A DNA stretch of 64,000 bases. It comes from Bryobacterales bacterium. GTDB lineage: Bacteria; Acidobacteriota; Terriglobia; Bryobacterales; UBA6623. How positions within the stretch are numbered: position 1 is the stretch's first letter; every line of letters starts with the position of its first letter. Where the stretch lies: the NCBI GenBank assembly GCA_965206655.1, contig CBDBKC010000032.1, forward strand, positions 192,563 to 256,562, written 5' to 3'. A program made the position numbers and the translations under genes. Shown in pieces: positions 1 to 9,412 of the stretch. Under the pieces are notes generated by a model that was not told the DNA's origin, made no database searches, and was given only the letters and a program-made list of their open reading frames with translations.

Positions 1-183
1 GTCCTTGAGGACGTAAAACTCGCCTTCCAGGTCTTCGGCGGTCCGGCAAAGGCTGCAAATACGGCCGGTGAGACCATCCGGCGTCGCGTGATCACACGGG
101 CAACTCACGACCGGTGGGACACCGGCCACAATATAGGCGCCTGCCAGCAGGATGCCGACGAGAACCAATCCGCGAATCATCAT
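1..183 (-). CDS. 5' part of an exported/membrane-anchored protein, possibly CDP-diacylglycerol diphosphatase-like; runs off the window
   Basis: Read by hand: MMIRGLVLVGILLAGAYIVAGVPPVVSCPCDHATPDGLTGRICSLCRTAEDLEGEFYVLKD. Hydrophobic N-terminus, CPC and CSLC motifs; open to base 1. The family call is from memory. Confidence 0.5.
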   Translation of the reverse strand, partial: MMIRGLVLVGILLAGAYIVAGVPPVVSCPCDHATPDGLTGRICSLCRTAEDLEGEFYVLKD

Positions 184-219
184 CTCAAGATAAACCGGTT
201 GTGTTTCTGGTAGACGACT

Positions 220-1332
220 TCACCCGATCAGCTCCCCGTGACGCCGCAGCAGAAACTTGTCCGTCATACCGGCGAGGTAGTCACACACAATCTGATGGAC
301 CGGGACCACTTGGGCTTGCTCGCCGTAACCCGCAGGAAGATCCTGCGGGCGTTCCATGAAGAAACGAAATAGCGCGGTCAGCTTCGTTCCCGTTCTGTGG
401 CGCTCGGCGGCGAGGCGGGGTGAATTATAGACCTCCCGCGACAGCAGCGCCCTCAACTCGCGCGACGCGGCCGCCGGCTCGGGCCGGAGACGCGCCAGAC
501 GTTCGGAATGAGCACGCACGGCGTCCATTGATATCACACCGGCCTGCTCGGCCGCATCGCGTGTTCCTTCGATCAGCCCGGAAACGAACGCGCCCAACAA
601 CTCTCTTAGCGCCTCGTTGAACTTGAGCTTCGGAGACGCATCGGGGAACTCCGCCTCCGCTCGTGACAAGAACCGGTCGAACAGCCCTACTTCGTTCCGC
701 ACCCGGGCCGCGTCAAGCAGGCCGGCTTCTACCGCGTCATCAAGGTCAGCGCAGTTGTAGGTCACCTCGTCGGCCAGGTCGATGAGCTGAGCTTCAAGCG
801 GCGGATACTCGCCGAGCAAGTACTCGCTCAGTTGGGGAAACTCGTCGGCCCGGTAGTCGCGAGAGTGCTTCACGATCCCCTCCCGAACCTCGAAAGTAAG
901 GTTCAAGCCCTCGAACGCGGGATAGCGGTGCTCGAAGTGCTCGACGATCCGGAGAGCGTGCAGATTGTGATCGAAGCGGCTGCCATACTTCCGCATCTCG
1001 GTATCAAGAGCGTCCTCGCCCGCATGCCCGAAGGGAGGGTGTCCGACATCATGAGAAAGCGCCAGGGCCTCCACGAGTTCCTCATTCAAGCCAAGAGCCT
1101 TGGCGACGGTACGAGCAATCTGAGAAACCTCGATCGTGTGCGTCAGGCGGTTGCGAAGATGGTCTGAGTCGGGAACCGTAAAAACTTGCGTCTTATGTTC
1201 CAAACGCCGGAAGGCTCGGGAATGGATGATGCGGTCGCGGTCCCGCTGATACTCGCCGCGGTACGGATGGGGCGGCTGCGGACAGCGCCGTCCGCGACTG
1301 CGTTCGTCTCGGAAGCGCAAGCGGGCGAGCAT
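220..1332 (-). CDS. dgt: Deoxyguanosinetriphosphate triphosphohydrolase (HD-domain dGTPase)
   Basis: YQRDRDRIIHSRAFRRLEHKTQVF, RNRLTHTIEV, LSHDVGHPPFGHAGE, C-terminal DYLAGMTD. Start placed at ATG 1332 (MLARLRF). Confidence 0.93.
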   Translation of the reverse strand: MLARLRFRDERSRGRRCPQPPHPYRGEYQRDRDRIIHSRAFRRLEHKTQVFTVPDSDHLRNRLTHTIEVSQIARTVAKALGLNEELVEALALSHDVGHPPFGHAGEDALDTEMRKYGSRFDHNLHALRIVEHFEHRYPAFEGLNLTFEVREGIVKHSRDYRADEFPQLSEYLLGEYPPLEAQLIDLADEVTYNCADLDDAVEAGLLDAARVRNEVGLFDRFLSRAEAEFPDASPKLKFNEALRELLGAFVSGLIEGTRDAAEQAGVISMDAVRAHSERLARLRPEPAAASRELRALLSREVYNSPRLAAERHRTGTKLTALFRFFMERPQDLPAGYGEQAQVVPVHQIVCDYLAGMTDKFLLRRHGELIG

Positions 1333-1345
1333 GCCTAGACGTCCG

Positions 1346-2095
1346 CTAGGACGGGGACGGGGGCGGAGGACTCGGCGGCGTGGTGATCCCAAGGCGTGCT
1401 TCGAGGCTCATGCGAAGACGCATGGCCAACTCTCGACCGGCGCCCCCACGCTCTTCCACTTCCTTGACGAGCTCAAGGGCCTTCTGCTCGTCCGTCGCAG
1501 CCAGCGCATCGTACATCCCGAAGAGTTCGACACGCTCTCTGGGCAGCATGTCACTAGGGTTGTCGATCAGGTACTGGTAGTACTTAATCGCCTCTTCATT
1601 CTTACCTTCACGCTGAAGCTGGTCCGCCAAGGCTTTGCGAGCCATCCCACTGGCTTCATCACTGGTGTCGTCGATCAAAACCTCGAGCATTCTCTTGCCC
1701 TCTTCCGGATCGCCATCCCGCAATTCGTAAAGGGCCAAATGAAGGTGGGCCACCTCGCCCTCGAAACGACCAGCGTACCCCTCCACGACCTTGTTCAGCG
1801 ATTCCTCGATCTTCATCTCCTTCTCGATCGAGGTTGCGAAGGTGATTCGGCCGGGCACTTCGTTCAGCGACACCTCGCCGTAGTAGTTACCTATAGCTTC
1901 CTGGAGGGCCAACCGCGCCTGTTTACCCTGTTCCTGCCGGTAGTGATAGAAGCCAATTCCGCCCAAAATGGCCGCCAGGATCGCCACAGTGGCCCCAATG
2001 AGAGAGTTGCGATGCGTGGTGAAAAATCCAACTGCTTCGCCGACCTCCTCGACGAAACGGTCTTTTCTGAGTTGCTTCCGGGTCAGTTTAGCCAA
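1346..2095 (-). CDS. YfgM-like membrane-anchored tetratricopeptide-repeat protein
   Basis: N-terminal RKQLRKDRFVEEV, one TM helix, then helical TPR-like repeats and a Pro-rich tail. Confidence 0.7.
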   Translation of the reverse strand: MAKLTRKQLRKDRFVEEVGEAVGFFTTHRNSLIGATVAILAAILGGIGFYHYRQEQGKQARLALQEAIGNYYGEVSLNEVPGRITFATSIEKEMKIEESLNKVVEGYAGRFEGEVAHLHLALYELRDGDPEEGKRMLEVLIDDTSDEASGMARKALADQLQREGKNEEAIKYYQYLIDNPSDMLPRERVELFGMYDALAATDEQKALELVKEVEERGGAGRELAMRLRMSLEARLGITTPPSPPPPSPS

Positions 2096-2246
2096 GATTC
2101 AATTCACCGGAGGACGAGATCCGTCCGCGAAGAAAAAGAGAGACGTTTAGGTTAACCAGGCGCCTCGGACGTGAACCGAAACACCACGGACTCTGTAGCT
2201 GATGCTAGCAACGCGGCGAAACCGCTGTCAAACCAGGGAGACATTG

Positions 2247-3733
2247 TGTCGGCGCAATGTGAAAAGATCCCCTACAGAGCAAAGTAGAAAGATCCCCTTC
2301 GGGCGAGAGACGCTAGGGGGTGAACGAAATCGTGGGATTGAGCAAAGTGGAGCGGGACCGGTTGATTGTTCTGAGGCAAGTCAAGGAGGGGAAGCTGACG
2401 CAGGCAACGGCGGCACAGCAGTTGAAGCTGAGCGCCCGTTGGGTCCGTAAGCTGGTGAAGCGACTCCGCAAAGAGGGCGATCGCGGGCTGGCGCATCGGC
2501 TGCGAGGCCGGCCCTCGAACCGCGCGTACGACAACGAGCTGCGGCGGCGAGCGCTGGCTCTGATCCGCGAGCGCTACGACGATTACGGGCCGACGCTGGC
2601 GAGCGAGATGCTGGCGAGCGAGCATCAGATCGTGGTCAACCGCGAGACGCTGCGGCAGTGGATGAGCGGCCAAGGGCTGTGGAAGCCGCGCCGGGCCAAG
2701 TTGAAGAAGGTGCATGTGTGGCGGCGGCGACGGCGTTGCCGGGGCGAACTCGTGCAATGGGATACGTCCGACCACGACTGGTTGGAAGGGCGCGGCCCGC
2801 GGTTGTATCTGGTGGCGATGATGGACGACGCCACGAGCGAGCTGACGGCGCACTTTGCCGTGTCGGACTCGACGGCCGAGAACATGCGGTTGTTGTGGCG
2901 GTATGTGGAGTTACACGGGCGTCCCGTGGAGGTCTACACCGACAAGGCCAGCCTGTTTCAACTCAACCGGCCGTTGCACCACAACAAGCATTTGGACGCG
3001 GCTCCACCGCCGACACAGATCGAGAGGGCGCTGGCCGAGTTGGGAATCGGAAAGATTCCGGCGCACTCGCCGCAGGCGAAGGGACGGATCGAGCGCAGTT
3101 TCCAGACGATGCAAGACCGCATGGTGAAGGGGTTGCGGCGAGCCGCGGCGAGCAGCATTGAGGACGCCAACCGTTATCTGCAGCAGGAGTTTGTGCCGCA
3201 GTGGAACGGACGGTTCAAGCGTCACCCAGCCGGACAGGCCGACGCCCACCGGCGCTTGCGCCGCGACCAGAATCTGGCCTCGATTCTCAGTCGCGTCGAT
3301 CGGCGTGTGGTCGGCAACGACTACACGATTTCGTGGCACGGACGTTTGTATCAGATCCCGGCTGAGAAGGCCAAACCTCGGATGAGGAAGACGGCGGTGC
3401 GGATCGAGCAACGGCTTAACGGGGAATTATGGCTGCGTTGGCAACAGGGAGCGTTGCTGCTTCAAGAATGCCTGGAAGCCGACGGCACTCCAGCCCGGCC
3501 CACCGCCAAGGCGGCCCGCAAGACGCCAACCCATACCAAACAACCAAAGAAACGCCAGGGGCGTTGGATGGACGGCTTCGTCCTAGCCGATCCGGCCAAG
3601 CGCTGCGAGCCATTGCCCGCAACTCCAGTCGCCCTACGGGCTCCTTCCGTCGCGGGCAGCGGCCCATGATTCTAGCGCTAGGGGGATCTTTCTACTTTGC
3701 TCAATCAGGGGATCTTTCTAAATTGCGTTGACA
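2247..3733 (+). mobile_element. IS1202-family (formerly ISNCY) insertion sequence, 1487 bp
   Basis: TGTC...GACA ends; imperfect IRs of about 50 bp, each with two AAAGATCCCC repeats; 15-bp direct repeat ACCAGGGAGACATTG at 2232-2246 and 3734-3748. Confidence 0.88.
2320..3669 (+). CDS. DDE transposase (HTH plus rve core), ISNCY/IS1202 type
   Basis: GELVQWDTSDHDW, MMDDATS, YTDKASLF, SPQAKGRIERSFQTMQDR. Confidence 0.92.
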   Translation: MNEIVGLSKVERDRLIVLRQVKEGKLTQATAAQQLKLSARWVRKLVKRLRKEGDRGLAHRLRGRPSNRAYDNELRRRALALIRERYDDYGPTLASEMLASEHQIVVNRETLRQWMSGQGLWKPRRAKLKKVHVWRRRRRCRGELVQWDTSDHDWLEGRGPRLYLVAMMDDATSELTAHFAVSDSTAENMRLLWRYVELHGRPVEVYTDKASLFQLNRPLHHNKHLDAAPPPTQIERALAELGIGKIPAHSPQAKGRIERSFQTMQDRMVKGLRRAAASSIEDANRYLQQEFVPQWNGRFKRHPAGQADAHRRLRRDQNLASILSRVDRRVVGNDYTISWHGRLYQIPAEKAKPRMRKTAVRIEQRLNGELWLRWQQGALLLQECLEADGTPARPTAKAARKTPTHTKQPKKRQGRWMDGFVLADPAKRCEPLPATPVALRAPSVAGSGP

Positions 3734-4140
3734 ACCAGGGAGACATTGCACCTACCACTAAGGTTCCCCGTCTGCACGGCCGACTCTACCCCATTCCTAA
3801 GGTTTTCGTCGCTAGCGCCGATGTGGGTAATCGAGACCGCTCACCTAAGGTAAACCACTGATTTCTAAGGTGAACCTTGGTGAACTAGCATTAGGCAGGT
3901 ATACTCGGATATTGCGGATGCGAGATTTAGAACTCACGCCGGTCCTCTCGCGGGACGAGGTAGTAATAAGTAAGAAGGTCCAGCGCGACCTGGAGCGACT
4001 TGGCGCTAAGCTAGGGCCTCGGGCGGTTGCGATCGAAAAGCGTTGGCGTCGCAAGCTCAAGTCCGTCTTCGATGCGGATCTCGACACCCCGACTCTGAGG
4101 GCCTTAGCCTCCATCAATCCCGGGAGCTGGTTCAGTTTAC

Positions 4141-4752
4141 TTCCATCACCAGGTCTAAACCCACCGCCTTTCAGGCGGTCAGCTTCAAGCGGGTCTGGAT
4201 GACAATAGGAGGATGGGCGAATATCGGCGAGGGGCGCACGCGGTCTACGACATCAAATATCACCTGGTCTGGATCACGAAATATCGCTACAAGGTGTTGC
4301 GGGGCAGGGTGGCGGAGCGGACACGGGACCTGATCCGACAGAGCTGCCAAGCGCGAGACGTCGTGGTGATTCGGGGTGCGGTGTCGCCGGATCATGTGCA
4401 TGTCTTGGTATCGGCACCGCCGCAGCTTGCACCGTCGAAGCTGGTGCAGTATGTAAAAGGCAGGTCGTCACGACGGCTGCAAGATGAGTTTGGGGAATTG
4501 CGGAAGCGATACTGGGGGCAACACCTGTGGGCGCGCGGATATTTCTGCGCGACGGTGGGCGCGGTGGACGAGGAAACGATCAAGAAGTACATCGAGAGCC
4601 AGCAATGGGACGAGGATGAGGAGGGATTCAAGATCACAGCGCCCACCAAGCCTTGAGCCGGCTCTGAGCCGGGGCTTCTTCAGGCGGCTTCAGCCGCAAG
4701 CCGACTTTCAGTCGTAAATGAACCCACCGCCTTTCAGGCGGTGGTTGTTTAG
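4141..4752 (+). mobile_element. IS200/IS605-family tnpA-only element, copy 1 (612 bp)
   Basis: Ends defined by alignment with the copy at 19341-19952; subterminal CCGCC-TTTCA-GGCGG hairpins at both ends; no TSD; inserted 3' of TTTAC. Confidence 0.93.
4213..4656 (+). CDS. tnpA: IS200-family Y1 (HUH) transposase
   Basis: YHLVWITKYR, HUH motif DHVH, LWARGYF and catalytic Tyr in IKKYIESQ. Confidence 0.95.
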   Translation: MGEYRRGAHAVYDIKYHLVWITKYRYKVLRGRVAERTRDLIRQSCQARDVVVIRGAVSPDHVHVLVSAPPQLAPSKLVQYVKGRSSRRLQDEFGELRKRYWGQHLWARGYFCATVGAVDEETIKKYIESQQWDEDEEGFKITAPTKP

Positions 4753-6185
4753 TGGCCGAGGGTCGCTTGAACGCCGTCCTGGAGCAAGTCGACTATCACA
4801 GCCGACGTCTGGCCAAGCTCGATGTTCCACCCAACAGCGTGGTCGCTTCGCTCAAGGAGTACGAGGAAGCCCTCGCACCTGACCTTAAGAAGCTCTTCCC
4901 TAAGGACTACCGGTCCCAGCTCTCCTCTCTAGATCACCTCTATTTCTGCATCAAGCTTACCTTGAACAGCGCTTATTACCGAGTCCGTGACCTGGAAGCA
5001 CAGGCCTTCTACGACGTTTTCCAGGATCAACTTGAGTCGCTCAGCGTACAGGAACTCATGGGGCGAGTGCTGGAGACGTTAATGCGAACGTTTCGCGCTC
5101 AGGCCGGGGTGATTCTCCTACGCGAGGGCCGGTCCAGAAAGCTCGTAGCACAGTCATGGAAAGGTCTGGACGCAACTCTCGCCGCATGCTTCAACACCTC
5201 CGTTGGAAGGGGTTGGGCTGGGCGAATTGCGAAGATCGGGAAACCTCTCGCGGTCGTCGACATCGAGAACGAGCCACTGATTCGAAATGCCGCGATCCGT
5301 AAGGCCTTCCGTAGCCTCTGGGGCGTGCCTCTTGTAGTGCGAGGTGAGGTCCGCGGTGTTCTCCAACTGGGGTTTTCTCAGGAGTACCACTGCCTGCCGC
5401 GCGAGATGACGCTGCTCGAGGCCGTCGCCGAACGTTGCGCCATGGCCATTGATAAAGCGCGCCTGCTCGAAGAGTTGCACGATCGCGAGGAACAGATCCG
5501 GAAGCTCGGCGAACACATGCTCAACGTCGAGGAGGAAGAGCGGCGCCGTATTAGCCGCGAACTCCACGACGAGGTCGGGCAGTCCATGCAGGTCATCCGG
5601 CTTTATCTGGAAATGATCCGGGGCAGCTTGCCCGCAGAGGCTCACGACATCGCCGCACGGCTGACCGAGACCCAGAGCCTGACCGAGCAAACGATCGAGG
5701 AAATGCGGCGTTTGATCGCGGCACTCAGTCCGAATGTACTTGAGGACCTCGGACTGCCCGCCAGCATCCGGCAGTTTGTCGCCAACTTCCGACGTACCTT
5801 CTCCGGACAAGTGAGCCTACAGATGTCCGGGCTCGACCACTTGCCGAAGAGCACCCAGATCATGATCTACCGGCTGGTGCAGGAATGCTTCAGCAACATC
5901 ATCAAGCACTCGCAGGCCAACGATGTCGGTCTGCGTGTGAGCCGCAAGAACGGCCACATCCAAGTGAAGGTGCAAGACGACGGCGTCGGATTCGACCTGA
6001 GCGAAGCGTCGCGGAAGCGCGGTTCTTTCGGCTTGCCCGGCATGCGAGAGCGCGTCGCGCTGCTCGGCGGCGATATCGAGATCGAGTCAGCCATTGGTAA
6101 GGGTACCAGAGTGGAAATTGCCATACCGGCGGGTGTGATCGCACCGGAGCCGGCAACGAATGAGTAATGAGTGAGGTTAAGTGAA

Positions 6186-6851
6186 ATGTCAAAGATACGC
6201 GTCCTGTTAACTGACGACCATACCCTGTTCCGGCAGGGAATTCGCACTTTGTTGTCCGCGGAAACGGACATCGAGGTTGTGGGAGAGGCGAAAGACGGCT
6301 CCGAGTCCGTCGATAAAATCTCGTCCTTGCGTCCCGATGTTGTTCTGATGGACATCGGCATGCCGGGCCTGTCGAGCTTCGAGGCAACCCGCCAGATCAA
6401 GAAAGCACGGCCGGAAACGAAAGTGCTTTTCTTGACCATGTACGACGACGAAGACTATCTCGTCGAGTGCATGGAGGTGGGCGGGAGCGGCTACGTGCTG
6501 AAGGATAGTCCGGCGCCGCAACTGCTGCTTGCCATCCGTGATGTCTATCGCGGCGGCAGCTACCTGAGTCCGAAAATGCTGTCACAACTCGTGGACGACT
6601 TCCGCACGCGGATCAAGTCCACGCACCGGCAGCCACGTTTCGCGACTCTTACGCCGCGCGAGAAAGAGATTTTGAAGTTCTTGGCCGAGGGGCAGTCCGT
6701 AAAGGAAATCGCCCAGCACCTCAACCTGAGCGTGAAGACGGTCGAAGCGCACAAGTTTAACTTGATGCGCAAGCTCGACATCCACAACAAGGCTCAGTTG
6801 GTGCAATACGCCATCCAGAAAAAGATCATCAAGATCCCTATCGGCCCCTGA
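6186..6851 (+). CDS. NarL/FixJ-family response regulator (REC plus LuxR HTH)
   Basis: VLLTDDH, DVVLMDIGMP, LTPREKEIL, LSVKTVEAHKFNLMRKL. Start placed at ATG 6186. Confidence 0.93.
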   Translation: MSKIRVLLTDDHTLFRQGIRTLLSAETDIEVVGEAKDGSESVDKISSLRPDVVLMDIGMPGLSSFEATRQIKKARPETKVLFLTMYDDEDYLVECMEVGGSGYVLKDSPAPQLLLAIRDVYRGGSYLSPKMLSQLVDDFRTRIKSTHRQPRFATLTPREKEILKFLAEGQSVKEIAQHLNLSVKTVEAHKFNLMRKLDIHNKAQLVQYAIQKKIIKIPIGP

Positions 6852-6889
6852 GGTTTCGATTTCTTCGCCTTGTTCTGCTGAAGACCAAC

Positions 6890-6914
6890 GGGGGTGAGCC
6901 ATCCGCTCACCCCC
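6890..6914 (+). terminator. Possible intrinsic terminator after the response regulator
   Basis: GGGGGTGAGC-CATCC-GCTCACCCCC perfect 10-bp stem followed by a short pyrimidine run; the U-tract is weak. Confidence 0.45.
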
Positions 6915-6994
6915 GCTTCTTCGCCTGCCTCCCCCCGGCGGGGCCTCGGGTATGTTCGTCCCAATCCTTACTTCCGCGTGCCTGGAAACCCCGC

Positions 6995-7051
6995 TTGACA
7001 AGCGCTCCAGGCGGACAGCATACTGGGGTTCTATTTGCAACTGAGTTTCAA
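6995..7051 (+). promoter_or_regulatory. Putative sigma70 promoter of feoAB with a downstream palindromic (Fur-like) operator
   Basis: TTGACA (6995-7000), 18 nt, CATACT (7019-7024); imperfect palindrome TTGCAACTGAGTTTCAA at 7035-7051. Confidence 0.45.
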
Positions 7052-7192
7052 CTAGTGAAATAGTTTCAGCGATCGCAGTTCAGCATGAAAGTCGTGCCGC
7101 ACTCATCGCAAACCTGTATTCCAATGCGCGGAGCACCCGCGGTTATGAAATGCCTCTTTACGGGGGCGCGCCGCTGAATACCGGCTGTACCT

Positions 7193-7453
7193 GTGCCTCA
7201 GAGACAACACGCTACGCTGGTCGACCTCGCGGAGGGAGAAGAATGCCGCCTCGACCGCATCGATCTACCTGAACCCGACGCGCGCCGCTTGATGGAACTC
7301 GGCTTTCTGCCCGGGACCCTCATCAAACCGGCCCGCTCGGCGCCTTTTGGTGACCCACGCGTATATCAAGTCGATGGCTCCGAGGTGGCGCTACGCCGCG
7401 AAACGGCCGCCAGGATGTTCGTCCGGCCGGCGCGGGAGAACCGCCAGGAATGA
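7193..7453 (+). CDS. feoA: Ferrous iron transport protein A
   Basis: RRLMELGFLPG, APFGDP, VALRR motifs; overlaps the feoB start. Confidence 0.92.
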   Translation: MPQRQHATLVDLAEGEECRLDRIDLPEPDARRLMELGFLPGTLIKPARSAPFGDPRVYQVDGSEVALRRETAARMFVRPARENRQE

Positions 7454-9321
7454 GCGCCTCCGCCGCCGGCACATCGGCTCTCGCGTCCGCGCCCCTTCCC
7501 CGCCCAGGACGCACAGTTGCCCTTGTAGGCCCGCCCAACTCGGGCAAATCCACGCTCTTCAATCGCCTGACCGGCCTGCGCCAGAAGGTCGCCAACTACC
7601 CAGGGGTTACGGTCGAGAAGCGCCTCGGCCGCGCCAAACTCCGCAACCAAGACGTGCTGCTTGTCGACCTCCCCGGCGTCTACAGCCTGCACCCGCGCAC
7701 CGAGGATGAACAGGTCACCCACGACGTTCTCAAGGGCCAAATGGCCGACGTCCCAAAACCCGACGCTGTGATTCTCATCGTCGACGTCACCAACCTCGGG
7801 CGCCAACTCACGCTCGCCGCGCCGATCCTCAGCCTCGGGCTACCCACACTCATCGCTCTCAACATGGCCGACGATCTGAAGAGCCGGGGCGGAACTGTGA
7901 ATACCGATACGCTCGCCGAGCAAATCGGCGCCCCTGTCGCGCTGATGAGCGCCCGAACCGGCGACGGCTTGGCGGCCGTCGAAGAGTTTCTCGAAGGCGC
8001 GCTCGGCGTGCCACGCCCCGTCCAACTCCCAATCATTTCCAACATCCCTCAGTGCCGCGAATGGTCGGCCGAATTGGGTAAGCGGGCCGGCTACCGCGCT
8101 CCCCTGCCCTCTCAATGGACGCGGCGTCTTGACGGCATCTTCCTCCATCCCCTGTGGGGGCCGCTGATCTTTCTGCTGGTCGTCGTGGCCGTGTTTCAAA
8201 CCATCTTCAAGGCCGCGGTACCCCTGATGAATGGAGTCGAAATCCTGATCGCGACCACGGGCGGCTGGGTCGAAGCCTTCCTGCCGGATTCCTGGTTTCG
8301 CTCGCTGCTGATCGAGGGAGTTTGGGGCGGCGTCGGCTCGGTCATCATCTTTCTGCCGCAGATTCTTTTGTTGTTCGTCTTCATCGGAATCCTTGAGGAC
8401 TCCGGCTACATGGCGCGGGCCGCCCTCATCGCCGACCGCACCATGGCCAAAGCGGGCTTGCAAGGCAAGTCCTTCATCCCCCTCATTTCCGCCTACGCGT
8501 GCGCGATCCCCGCCATCCTCTCGACTCGCACCATCGAGAACAAACGAGACCGCATGGCAACCATCTTGATCGCACCGTTTATGACCTGTTCGGCGCGCCT
8601 GCCGGTCTATACGCTGCTGATTGCCGCCTTCATCCCCGAGCAGGAACTGCTGGGTCCACTGCTCGGCACACAGGCTGCGATGATGATCGGCCTTTACGCA
8701 CTGGGCTTTCTGGCGGCGGTCGCGACGGCGCGCGTCCTGAAATCCTCGGTCCTCAAGAGTGCCCGGACACCCTTCATGCTCGAGATGCCGCCCTACCGCA
8801 TGCCGACCGTCCGCTCCATCGGACTCCGCCTGCTCGACCGCGCCAAGATCTTCCTGCGGCGAGCAGGGACAGTAATCCTGCTCACCACCATCGTCCTGTG
8901 GTTTCTGGCCAGCCTTCCCATGGAGAACGGCGAGCCACCCGCCATCGCCGATAGCATCGCAGGAACCATCGGACGTACGATCGAGCCGGTCATTGAGCCG
9001 CTGGGCTTCAACTGGCGGATCGGGATCGGCCTGCTGACGTCGCTCGCGGCACGCGAAGTTATCGTCGGTACCCTAGGGACAATCTATGGCATGGAGGCCG
9101 ACGAAGGTTCTGTCCAGCTCCAGAGCGCCTTGCAGTCCGACCTGACGCTGGCCGGGGCCGTGGCCCTACTCATCTACTTCACCTTCGCGATGCAGTGCAT
9201 GTCGACGGTCGCCGTCGTCCGCCGTGAGACCGGCGGCTGGAAGTGGGCCATCATCCAGTTCGTCTACATGACGGCAATGGGCTATGTCTGTGCATTTGGG
9301 GCCTACCAGTTGCTGTCCTGA
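7450..9321 (+). CDS. feoB: Ferrous iron transporter B
   Basis: GPPNSGKST, VANYPGVTVE, DLPG, PFMTCSAR and gate domains. Confidence 0.96.
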   Translation: MSASAAGTSALASAPLPRPGRTVALVGPPNSGKSTLFNRLTGLRQKVANYPGVTVEKRLGRAKLRNQDVLLVDLPGVYSLHPRTEDEQVTHDVLKGQMADVPKPDAVILIVDVTNLGRQLTLAAPILSLGLPTLIALNMADDLKSRGGTVNTDTLAEQIGAPVALMSARTGDGLAAVEEFLEGALGVPRPVQLPIISNIPQCREWSAELGKRAGYRAPLPSQWTRRLDGIFLHPLWGPLIFLLVVVAVFQTIFKAAVPLMNGVEILIATTGGWVEAFLPDSWFRSLLIEGVWGGVGSVIIFLPQILLLFVFIGILEDSGYMARAALIADRTMAKAGLQGKSFIPLISAYACAIPAILSTRTIENKRDRMATILIAPFMTCSARLPVYTLLIAAFIPEQELLGPLLGTQAAMMIGLYALGFLAAVATARVLKSSVLKSARTPFMLEMPPYRMPTVRSIGLRLLDRAKIFLRRAGTVILLTTIVLWFLASLPMENGEPPAIADSIAGTIGRTIEPVIEPLGFNWRIGIGLLTSLAAREVIVGTLGTIYGMEADEGSVQLQSALQSDLTLAGAVALLIYFTFAMQCMSTVAVVRRETGGWKWAIIQFVYMTAMGYVCAFGAYQLLS

Positions 9322-9412
9322 ACCTGCCAAGCCCCGGGACACAACCTTCAGTCCCTCATCGGCAAGGCTGAACACACGAGCGTTTCGTGTACACGCGTCA
9401 CTGTAAATCTCC

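Larger units (their letters stand above)
3870..6167 (+). pseudogene. GAF/HisKA_3 sensor histidine kinase interrupted by an IS200-type element
   Basis: Joining 3870-4140 to 4753-6167 gives one frame (..SINPGSWFSL|LAEGRLNAVLE.., 561 aa) with GAF, H-box RELHDEVGQ, N-box ECFSNIIKHS and G-boxes DDGVGF/GSFGLPGM. Confidence 0.88.

Noticed and set aside
220-1332. dGTPase as an anti-phage nucleotide-depletion gene
   Set aside because: It sits in an operon-like core context with a YfgM-like gene and has no defence neighbours; it looks like housekeeping dgt.
4141-4752. IS200 copies as self-splicing IStrons (both lie in the sense orientation inside genes, 612 bp)
   Set aside because: Only 72 nt precede tnpA, too little for a group I intron core; two co-oriented insertions can be chance, and the element contains in-frame stops.
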